From assembly GCA_041496385.1 (NCBI GenBank), contig JBGQEL010000099.1:1-15271 (forward strand): a DNA stretch of 15,271 bases, given 5' to 3'. This DNA is from Candidatus Methylomirabilia bacterium (GTDB lineage: Bacteria; Methylomirabilota; Methylomirabilia; Rokubacteriales; CSP1-6). The notes under the pieces were generated by a model that saw nothing but the letters and a program-made list of their open reading frames with translations, was not told where the DNA came from and searched no databases. Made by a program: the position numbers and the translations under genes. Shown one piece after another: positions 7,647 through 14,636 of the stretch (position 1 is its first letter; each line of letters opens with the position of its first letter).

Positions 7647-8590
7647 GTGAGGAGTCCGTCCTCCGTCGAGAAATCGATGTCGCGGCGATCGAGGCCCTCG
7701 CGCAGGTACCACTCGAAGGTCTGCGCGATCCCGGCGGCGAGCGTGTATCGGGGCCGGATGTCCTGCTGGGCGCGGAGCTTCGTCGTCGTGTAGACCGCGT
7801 GACAGTCGTAGACGAGGTTCTGGCCGAAGGCCACGGGCGTGGCGCCGGCCGGCGTCTCGCGGTGGACGAGTGTGAGCGGCCGCTTGAGCACGGCGGCGAT
7901 CTGCTCGACGAAGCCCACCTGCGTGATCGCCTCTTCGCCGGTGACGTTGTACGCCTGGCCGAAGGCGGCACGCGCGCCGAGCATCCTCGCCATGGCCTCG
8001 GCGAGGTCGTCCACGTGACCGAACTGGCGCAGCCAGCCGCCCCTGCCGGGGACGAGGATGGGCCGGCCGCGCACGAGGCGGTCGAAGAAGAAGGTCTCGT
8101 TGTTCCGCGTGTTGAGCGGCCCGTAGACGTGCGTCGGCCTCACGATCGTGACGGGAAGGCCGCGCTCCCGGTGACGCCGCATGTAGGCATCCTCGCCCGC
8201 GATCTTGAGCTTCGCGTACTCGCCCCAGTAGAGGCTGCGGGGCGTGTCCTCGTGGTAGGGGATGGGGAGCGCGTGGTCGTGGACGCGCCCCGTCGAGACG
8301 AAGAGCGCGTGGCCGACGCGCCCGTCGAGGGCGTCGAGCAAGGCCTCCACGTCCTCGCCGGTCGTCGGCGCGTAGGTGATGTCCACGAGCCCGTCCACCC
8401 GCTCGCCCGCGAGCGTCGCGCGCAGCGTCGCGTGGTCCTTGCGGTCGCAGACGATCGTGCGGACGCCCGGCGGCAGGCGGCCGGCCTGGCGGCCGCGGTT
8501 CAGGACGAGGACCTCGTGGCCGTCGCGCAGCAGCGCCCGCACCAGGTGCAGGCTGACGAACTCGGTGCCGCCGATCACGAGTATGCGCAA
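7643..8590 (-). CDS. NAD-dependent epimerase/dehydratase family protein (atypical/extended SDR)
   Basis: TTG start. 'MRILVIGGTEFVSLHLVRALLRDGHEVLVLNRG', YxxxK ('YAKLK'), 'IVRPTHVYGP', 'HVDDLA'. Confidence 0.88.
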   Translation of the reverse strand: MRILVIGGTEFVSLHLVRALLRDGHEVLVLNRGRQAGRLPPGVRTIVCDRKDHATLRATLAGERVDGLVDITYAPTTGEDVEALLDALDGRVGHALFVSTGRVHDHALPIPYHEDTPRSLYWGEYAKLKIAGEDAYMRRHRERGLPVTIVRPTHVYGPLNTRNNETFFFDRLVRGRPILVPGRGGWLRQFGHVDDLAEAMARMLGARAAFGQAYNVTGEEAITQVGFVEQIAAVLKRPLTLVHRETPAGATPVAFGQNLVYDCHAVYTTTKLRAQQDIRPRYTLAAGIAQTFEWYLREGLDRRDIDFSTEDGLLT

Positions 8591-8615
8591 TGTCGTCAGG
8601 CCACCCGCCGGCTCT

Positions 8616-8885
8616 TCAGGCGAGCGACACCGCCAGACACGTCGTCGTTCGTGTCACGCCATCGATGGTGCCGATCTCGTCGGTGACGAGCCGCCCGACC
8701 GAGTCGAGCGTCGGGCCCTCGACGACCGCGATGAAGTCGAACGGGCCGGTCACCACGTCGAGGTGGACCACCACGGACTGTCCGCCCTCGATGCGCGCCA
8801 GCTCCTTCTTGACCGACTTCGTCTTGCCCGGCGCCGTCTCGATGAGCACGTAGGCCTTCATCCGTTTCGACGTCTTCGTCGTCAT
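8616..8885 (-). CDS. Stand-alone Lrp/AsnC ligand-binding (RAM) domain protein, no HTH
   Basis: ATG at 8885 follows a strong SD (GAGGAGG). 89 aa: 'KAYVLIETAPGK...VTGPFDFIAVVE...IGTIDGVTRTTTC'. Confidence 0.87.
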   Translation of the reverse strand: MTTKTSKRMKAYVLIETAPGKTKSVKKELARIEGGQSVVVHLDVVTGPFDFIAVVEGPTLDSVGRLVTDEIGTIDGVTRTTTCLAVSLA

Positions 8886-8895
8886 GCCGTCCTCC

Positions 8896-9309
8896 TCAGC
8901 GTCCGAGCGCTTGGGCAAGCGTCGAGCGGAACCAGGCCGTCCGTTCGACGAACTTCGCGCCCTCGAGATCCACCCGCGTCCCCCGGTCGTCGGTATGGTT
9001 GGCCGGGTCGAACCGCGCCGTCAGCGGGAGCGTCGCCGCCCCGATCCTGAGCGTGAGCCGCTCGCCGGCACTCTCGTCGCCCAGCCGCGACACGACAAGA
9101 TAGAAGCCCTTCGCGTCGGTCTCCGCGACGTACGAGAAGCCGGTCTTGTCCCGCTGAAGCTCGACCGGACGCCCGCCCAGGGGCTGCCCCAGCGCGTCCT
9201 TGACGAAGCCCAGCACGACGTACCGGTAGTACACCTCGTGCTCGGCGCCGGCCGGCGCGGCGGCCGCGAGCCACGCGAGAGCCCCGACGAGCACCAGCGC
9301 GCGCGCCAC
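8896..9309 (-). CDS. Secreted hypothetical protein, probable carboxypeptidase-regulatory-like/prealbumin beta-sandwich
   Basis: Fills the gap between neighbours with 10-nt spacers on each side. Signal peptide 'MARALVLVGALAWLAAAAPAGA'. 'GFVKDALGQPLGG..V......TDAKGFY' resembles the GxVxDxxGxP...TDxxGxY pattern. Confidence 0.7.
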   Translation of the reverse strand: MARALVLVGALAWLAAAAPAGAEHEVYYRYVVLGFVKDALGQPLGGRPVELQRDKTGFSYVAETDAKGFYLVVSRLGDESAGERLTLRIGAATLPLTARFDPANHTDDRGTRVDLEGAKFVERTAWFRSTLAQALGR

Positions 9310-9319
9310 GCGGGTCAGT

Positions 9320-9661
9320 CTAGCGCAGATAGGCGCGGAGGAGCGAGCGGTGGCAGCGGGCCTCGTCGGGGCAGCCGCAGAGGAGCGTGACGGGCCCCTT
9401 CCGCGCGAGCGCCTTGACTTCGGCGAGCGCTGCCTGCGCCTCGGGCCGCGCGAGGCCCGCGCGATACCGCCGCCGGTACTCGGCCCAGCTGAGCCCGCCG
9501 GCCCGGAAGGCGCGCAACAGCGGGAGAACGGGCCCCAGCTCCTTGAGCCAGAGATCCACGCGGTCTTTGCGGATGCCGCGGGGCCAGAGCCGCATGATGA
9601 GGACGCGCGCGCCGTCGGTCGGCGCCGATGGATCGTAGACGCGCTTGGCGGCGATCGTCAC
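9320..9661 (-). CDS. DUF488 / YeaO-like protein
   Basis: GTG at 9661 overlaps the ChaN-like stop (GTGA). 'KRVYDPSAPTDGARVLIMRLWPRGIRK...DLWLKELGP...WAEYRRRY...VTLLC' is the YeaO/DUF488 pattern. Confidence 0.88.
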   Translation of the reverse strand: MTIAAKRVYDPSAPTDGARVLIMRLWPRGIRKDRVDLWLKELGPVLPLLRAFRAGGLSWAEYRRRYRAGLARPEAQAALAEVKALARKGPVTLLCGCPDEARCHRSLLRAYLR

Positions 9662-10647
9662 GACTTGCGCATCTGCTCGAGCGACTTCTTGAACTTCTCG
9701 CACGGATCCGCGTCGTCGGCGCGCGGCGTGAACCAGACGTAGTCGAAAGGGAGCGTGCCGTCGAAGCGCGCCGCGTAGTCGGCCGGCGCCGGCGCGCCCG
9801 CGTCCACCTCGACGAGCGCGAGGCTCGCCACCGTGGTGCCCGGCGCGTGGCGCGCCAGGTGGGCGGGGACGCCGCGGTCGCGGCGCGCGTGACCGGCGCC
9901 CGCGATGAGCACGGCCCCGTCGCGGCCGCCGGCGCGGGCGAGCGCCTCGGCCATGCGCGCGTCACGCGCCCACTGAGTGTCCACCATTCGGTCGAGCGCG
10001 CCGTCGGGCGCTTGGCCGCAGTGCGCGTCGCGGATCTCGCGCGCCATGGCCGCGCGCACCTCGGAGCCCGGCGGCGCGTCGAGCTTGAGCTGCGCGACCA
10101 TCGCGGGGCCGAGTCCGCCCAGGCCGTTGCGCCGCAGCGCCTCGGTGGCCGCGCGCGAGAGATTCGTCGCGACGAGAGGCAGGCCCGCGTCGAGCGCCGC
10201 CTGCGCGATCGGCTCGTACAGGCGCCAGTCGGGCCAGCCCGAGCGCTTCCAGTTGACCGCCGCGCCGAGCCCCGTGGCGCTCTTCGGCGAGCCGGTGAGA
10301 TAGCGCGCGATCGCCGGCGCGTCGTCGGTCGAGAACATCTCGAAGCCGACGGCGGGGCGCCGCCCGGCGGCGATGAGGTCGCGCACGAGCCGCGCCTGGA
10401 GGGCGTGGTGCTCGGGATTGTCGTGGCGCTCGCCGAGGAGGACATAGCGACTCGCGACGAGCCGCGCGAGCAGCTCGCGCGGCTCGACGAAGCGCGCTCC
10501 CTTGACGTCCCAGACGCGCCCGACGATCGGCGGCTCCGGCGCGGCGACGGGGCGCTGCCACTCGACCGTGGACGTCTTCGCGCACCCCGCGAGGACGAGC
10601 ATCGCGAGCGCCGCGCGCGCCCACGCATCCCGGACCGGGCGGCTCAC
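9658..10647 (-). CDS. ChaN/PhuW-family lipoprotein (EreA/ChaN-like fold)
   Basis: GTG start overlaps the SDR stop. Lipobox 'LAGC'. Motifs 'YVLLGERHDNPEHHALQ', 'VGFEMF', 'WKRSGWPDWRLYEPI', 'QWARDARMA', 'LIAGAGHARRDRGVP', 'DYVWFTP'. Confidence 0.88.
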   Translation of the reverse strand: MSRPVRDAWARAALAMLVLAGCAKTSTVEWQRPVAAPEPPIVGRVWDVKGARFVEPRELLARLVASRYVLLGERHDNPEHHALQARLVRDLIAAGRRPAVGFEMFSTDDAPAIARYLTGSPKSATGLGAAVNWKRSGWPDWRLYEPIAQAALDAGLPLVATNLSRAATEALRRNGLGGLGPAMVAQLKLDAPPGSEVRAAMAREIRDAHCGQAPDGALDRMVDTQWARDARMAEALARAGGRDGAVLIAGAGHARRDRGVPAHLARHAPGTTVASLALVEVDAGAPAPADYAARFDGTLPFDYVWFTPRADDADPCEKFKKSLEQMRKS

Positions 10648-11435
10648 CGGGGAGCGCCCAGCGATCCCTCGCGCGTCGTGATGGTGAGGCCGCCGTCGAT
10701 GATGAGCGTCTGGCCCGTCACCCAGCGCGCCTCATCGCTGGCGAGATAGACGGCCCCCCAGCCGATGTCCCAGGCGGTGCCCTCGGTGCCCAGCACGGTC
10801 GCGCGCCGCCGGCGGTCGCGCGCGTCAGGTCCGAGATCCTCGACCATCGGCGTCCAGACCGCGCCCGGCGCGATCGCGTTGACCCGGACGCCCTTGGGGC
10901 CGAGCTGGGCGGCGACGGAGCGGACGAAGCCGATCACGCCGGCCTTGGCCGTGGCGTAGGCCGTGCGGCCGTAGCCGCGCAACGCGGCGATCGACGAGAC
11001 GCAGACGACCGCGCCGCCGCCGCGCTTGAGCATCGCAGGCACGGCGGCCTTGGTCGCCAGGAGCATGGACTTGAGGTCCACAGCCATCACGCGGTCCCAC
11101 TCGATCTCCTCCGTCTCCAGGAGATCCTTGCGCGACTCGATGCCGACGTTGTTGTGGAGGATGTCGAGGCCGCCCCAGCGTTTCTCGGCCTCGGCGACCA
11201 TGGCCGCGCAGTCGGCGGCGCGCGTCACGTCCGCGGCGAGCGCGGCCGCCTGCCCGCCCTCGGCACGGATGACGCCGGCCGTTTCCTCCGCGCGCGCGAG
11301 CACCTGGTCCACGCAGAGGACGCGCGCGCCCTCGCGCGCGAAGAGGACGGAGGCGGCCTTGCCGTTGCCGAGACCCGGGCCGCGCGACCCCGCGCCCGTG
11401 ACGATCGCGATCTTGCCGCTCAGGCGAGCGCTCAT
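10644..11435 (-). CDS. Classical short-chain dehydrogenase/reductase (SDR)
   Basis: 'LSGKIAIVTGAGSRGPGLGNGKA', 'LDILHNNVG', catalytic S and 'YATAK', 'VRVNAIAPG', 'VTGQTLIIDGG'. Confidence 0.95.
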   Translation of the reverse strand: MSARLSGKIAIVTGAGSRGPGLGNGKAASVLFAREGARVLCVDQVLARAEETAGVIRAEGGQAAALAADVTRAADCAAMVAEAEKRWGGLDILHNNVGIESRKDLLETEEIEWDRVMAVDLKSMLLATKAAVPAMLKRGGGAVVCVSSIAALRGYGRTAYATAKAGVIGFVRSVAAQLGPKGVRVNAIAPGAVWTPMVEDLGPDARDRRRRATVLGTEGTAWDIGWGAVYLASDEARWVTGQTLIIDGGLTITTREGSLGAPR

Positions 11436-11483
11436 GGTAGCTTGAGATCGCTCCTTTCACGCGAGAACGGAGGAAGGATACTC
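11413..11483. promoter_or_regulatory. Compact divergent control region with candidate overlapping sigma70-type promoters and both RBSs
   Basis: + strand: TTGCCG (11413-18), a 19-nt spacer, then extended -10 TG-G-TAGCTT (11435-43), with SD GGAGG (11469-73)/AAGGA (11474-78). - strand: TATCCT (11480-75) and SD-like AAAGGAG (11457-51). Motif resemblance only. Confidence 0.35.
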
Positions 11484-13172
11484 CTGAACGCCGCCGAGTA
11501 CATCCTCGAGGTCGTCGCGTCGCACGGTGTCCGGCACGTCTTCGGGCTCCCCGGCAAGGGGAACGGCGGCTTCTACGACGCCCTCGCCGCGCGCCGCGAC
11601 CGCCTCCGGCACGTCCTCGCCAAGCACGAGCAGGGCGCCGCGTACATGGCCGACGGCTACGCGCGCGCGGGCGCGCCCTTCGGCGTCTGCCTCGGCATCT
11701 CCGCCGGCGCCGCGATCAACCTGATGGGCGGCGCCTACTCCGCCAACGCCGACTCGGTGCCGCTGCTCGTCCTCACCGGCAACGCGCCCGCGGCCGCGTT
11801 CGGCCGGAACGCGATGATGGAGTTCTCGGGTGGCCCGCGCCGGCCCGATCCAGCGCGCCTCTTCGCGCCCCTCACCAAGCGCTCGCTCATGGTGCGCTCG
11901 GCCCGGGAGGTTCCGGAGGCGCTCGCCGAGTGCCTCGAGGCGATGCTGGGCGGCCGCCGCGGCGCGGTGCACCTCTGCGTCCCGTCCGACGTCCAGACGC
12001 AGGCGATCGGGCTCAGTCGCGTGCCCGGGCCGCGGCCGTACCAGTCGCTGCCGACGCCCGACGCCGCGGTCCTCGACGAGGCCGCGCGCGTGCTGGCCTC
12101 CGCGCGTCACCCGGTGATCGTCGCCGGCACGGGCGTGATCCGTTCCGGGGCGACCGACGAGGTGGTCGCGCTCGCGGAGGCGCTCGGCGCCCCGATCGTC
12201 ACCACGCTCAAGGGCAAGAGCGCCGTGCCGAACGACCATCCGCTCTGCGTCGGGCACGTGGCGCTCGGCCGCTCGCCGGCCGCCGAGCGCGCGGTCAAGG
12301 ACCCGGACGCGGACGTGCTCGTCGCGATCGGCACGACGCTGTCGGAGTGGACCAACTTCGCCTGGGACCCGGACTTCGCGCGGAACGCCCGCGTCGTCCA
12401 GTTCGACATCGACCCGGCCGAGATCACGCGCGTGTATCCCGTGCGGCTCGCGGTGGTGGGCGACGCGAAGGCGGCGCTCGCGGGCGTGCTCGCCCGCCTG
12501 CGCGCCGACGAGGGCGCGGCGGCGCAGCGGCGCGCGGCCGTGACGCGCCTCCTCGCGACGGTCGGAAAGTTCGACGCCGCCGAGAGCCGCTTCGACGCGC
12601 GCGCGCCCCTCCGGCCGCAGGCCGTGGTCACGCGGCTTGCCGGGCGGCTGCCCGACGGCACGCAGCTCCTCGCCGACGCGGGCAACAACACCTTCTACAC
12701 CGCGCACTACTACCCGCTGAAGGCGCACGACGCCTTCTACCTGGGCGGTGGCTGCGCCGCGATGGGCTGGTCGGTCGCGGCCTCGATCGGCGTCAAGCTC
12801 TGGCTTGCCGACCGGCCGGTCGTGGACGTCTGCGGGGACGGCGGCTTCATGATGAACGGCATGGAGCTCGAGACCGCCGCCGCGCACGACGTGCCCGTCC
12901 TTTGGGTGGTCCTGACCGACGGCGCGCTGGGGATGGTGAAGACCTTCCAGACGCTCTTTCGCGCCAAGGACCTCATCGGCTGCGAGTTCGGCGAGATCGA
13001 GCCGGCGCGCGTCGCCGAGGGGCTCGGCGTGCGCGGGCTGAAGGTCGAGCGGCTCGAGCAGCTCGACGCGGCCGTCGCGGACTTCCTGGCCGAGCCGCGG
13101 CCCACGCTGCTCGACGTCCGGATCGACGGGAGCGAGATCCCACCGGGCATCATGGACCGTCTTGGCAAGTAA
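11484..13172 (+). CDS. Thiamine diphosphate-dependent enzyme, acetolactate-synthase-large-subunit-like fold (function unknown)
   Basis: 'GVRHVFGLPG', catalytic Glu in 'KHEQGAAYMADGYAR', 'DSVPLLVLTG', 'GAVHLCVPSDVQ', ThDP motif 'GDGGFMMNGMELETA'. Start placed at CTG 11484 behind the SD; the ORF-track start at 11154 lies inside the opposite-strand SDR. Confidence 0.9.
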   Translation: MNAAEYILEVVASHGVRHVFGLPGKGNGGFYDALAARRDRLRHVLAKHEQGAAYMADGYARAGAPFGVCLGISAGAAINLMGGAYSANADSVPLLVLTGNAPAAAFGRNAMMEFSGGPRRPDPARLFAPLTKRSLMVRSAREVPEALAECLEAMLGGRRGAVHLCVPSDVQTQAIGLSRVPGPRPYQSLPTPDAAVLDEAARVLASARHPVIVAGTGVIRSGATDEVVALAEALGAPIVTTLKGKSAVPNDHPLCVGHVALGRSPAAERAVKDPDADVLVAIGTTLSEWTNFAWDPDFARNARVVQFDIDPAEITRVYPVRLAVVGDAKAALAGVLARLRADEGAAAQRRAAVTRLLATVGKFDAAESRFDARAPLRPQAVVTRLAGRLPDGTQLLADAGNNTFYTAHYYPLKAHDAFYLGGGCAAMGWSVAASIGVKLWLADRPVVDVCGDGGFMMNGMELETAAAHDVPVLWVVLTDGALGMVKTFQTLFRAKDLIGCEFGEIEPARVAEGLGVRGLKVERLEQLDAAVADFLAEPRPTLLDVRIDGSEIPPGIMDRLGK

Positions 13173-13194
13173 CCCCTATCGAGGGAGGCTGCGC

Positions 13195-14181
13195 ATGCGT
13201 CGCATCGCCTGGCTCGTGACGTTCCTGGCCCTGGGCCCCTCGCTCGCCGCGCCCCCCGCGGACGCCCAGACCACGCTCCGGATGGCGTTCGTCGCGCCGC
13301 CGCCCGTGTGGGGTCCGATCGCCGACCGCTACGCCCAGCTCGTCGCGCAGAAGACGGGCGAGCAGGTGAAGATCCAGTCGTTCGGCGGCGGCCAGCTCGG
13401 GAGTCTCCCGCAGAATTACGCGGGTCTCAAGACGGGCCAGATCGATCTCATGCTCGCCGACTGCGGCTCGCTCTCCCTCCCCAAGGCCGGCAAGGACTTC
13501 AACGTCCTCTTCGCCCCCTACACCTTCCGCGATCAGCGGCACTTCCGCGCGTTCATGCAGTCGGCGCTCTTCCACGACATGATCGCGAAGGTCGAGGCCG
13601 AGGCCGGCTTCAAGTACGTCGGCTACGTGTCGGACCGCGCGCCGCGGCAGCTCTCGACGAGCCGGACCGCGGTGCGGAGGCCGGAGGACCTGAAGGGGCT
13701 GAAGATCCGGGTGCCGGAGACGGTCACGATCATGCAGACCCTCCGCGCCTGGGGCGCGGCGCCGACGCCCGTGGCGGCCTCCGAGCTCTACCTCGCGATG
13801 AAGCAGGGGCTCGTGGACGGCCAGGACAACGGGTTCGACGCCATCGCCCAGGCCAAGTACTACGAAGTCCAGAAGTACGTGACGCGCATCGACTACGTGC
13901 AGAGCGGCCTCATGGTCGTCATCGCGGCCGACCGCTGGAGCCGCCTGACGCCCCCGCAGAAGAAGGCCCTCGAGGAGGCCGCGGTCGAGACCGAGGCCTG
14001 GGCGAGCCCGATGACCAACGAGGGCGCCGCCGCGTCCGTCGAGGTTCTCCGGAAGCACGGGATGGAAGTCATCGAGCCCGATCTGGCGCCCTTCAAGAAG
14101 CTCGCCGCCGACGCGGTCGCGAAGTTCGAGGGCGACCTCTGGACGAAGGGGCTTCTGGAGCGCATCCAGGCGGTGAAGTGA
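13195..14181 (+). CDS. dctP: TRAP transporter substrate-binding protein
   Basis: ATG at 13195 with SD GGAGG at 13184-88. Signal peptide, 'GGQLG', 'PEDLKGLKIRVP' (conserved carboxylate-binding Arg), 'ELYLAMKQGLVDGQDN', 'YEVQKY'. Confidence 0.94.
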   Translation: MRRIAWLVTFLALGPSLAAPPADAQTTLRMAFVAPPPVWGPIADRYAQLVAQKTGEQVKIQSFGGGQLGSLPQNYAGLKTGQIDLMLADCGSLSLPKAGKDFNVLFAPYTFRDQRHFRAFMQSALFHDMIAKVEAEAGFKYVGYVSDRAPRQLSTSRTAVRRPEDLKGLKIRVPETVTIMQTLRAWGAAPTPVAASELYLAMKQGLVDGQDNGFDAIAQAKYYEVQKYVTRIDYVQSGLMVVIAADRWSRLTPPQKKALEEAAVETEAWASPMTNEGAAASVEVLRKHGMEVIEPDLAPFKKLAADAVAKFEGDLWTKGLLERIQAVK

Positions 14182-14636
14182 GGCGACTCGACCGCGCCGT
14201 CGAGACCGCGGTCGGCCTGCTGCTCCTCGCCCTCGTCGTCACGGCCTTCGCGCAGGTGGTCGCGCGCTACGTGTTCAGCCGGCCCTTCGCGTGGGTGCTC
14301 GAGCTGGACGTCCTGCTCATGGTCTGGGCGACCTTCCTCTCGGGCTACGTCGGCGTACGGCGTGACAGCCACCTGCGCGTGGACTACTTCCTGGAGCGCA
14401 TGACGCTCCGCAACCGGCGCCGCGCGCTGCTCCTGGGGCGCCTCCTGGCGATGGCCTTCGTGGCGGTTCTCGGCGTGAAGAGCTTCGACGTCATCCGCGC
14501 GATGGACGGGATCAGCTTCACCGCGATCCCGCTCGGGATGGACGTGCTCTACTGGTCGCTCCCGGTCGGCAGCGGGCTCATGCTGCTGGCGCTCGCGCTT
14601 GGGCTCGTGAGCGACTGGCGCCGGCCCGTCGCCTAG
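14178..14636 (+). CDS. dctQ: TRAP transporter small permease
   Basis: GTG overlaps the dctP stop (GTGA). Four hydrophobic segments; 'QVVARYVFSRPFAWVLEL...VWATFL...HLRVD'. Confidence 0.92.
   Translation: MRRLDRAVETAVGLLLLALVVTAFAQVVARYVFSRPFAWVLELDVLLMVWATFLSGYVGVRRDSHLRVDYFLERMTLRNRRRALLLGRLLAMAFVAVLGVKSFDVIRAMDGISFTAIPLGMDVLYWSLPVGSGLMLLALALGLVSDWRRPVA

Noticed and set aside
11484..13172. Calling the ThDP enzyme ilvB/ilvG
   Set aside because: AHAS signature residues are substituted and no regulatory subunit or ilvC is adjacent, so the gene symbol is withheld.
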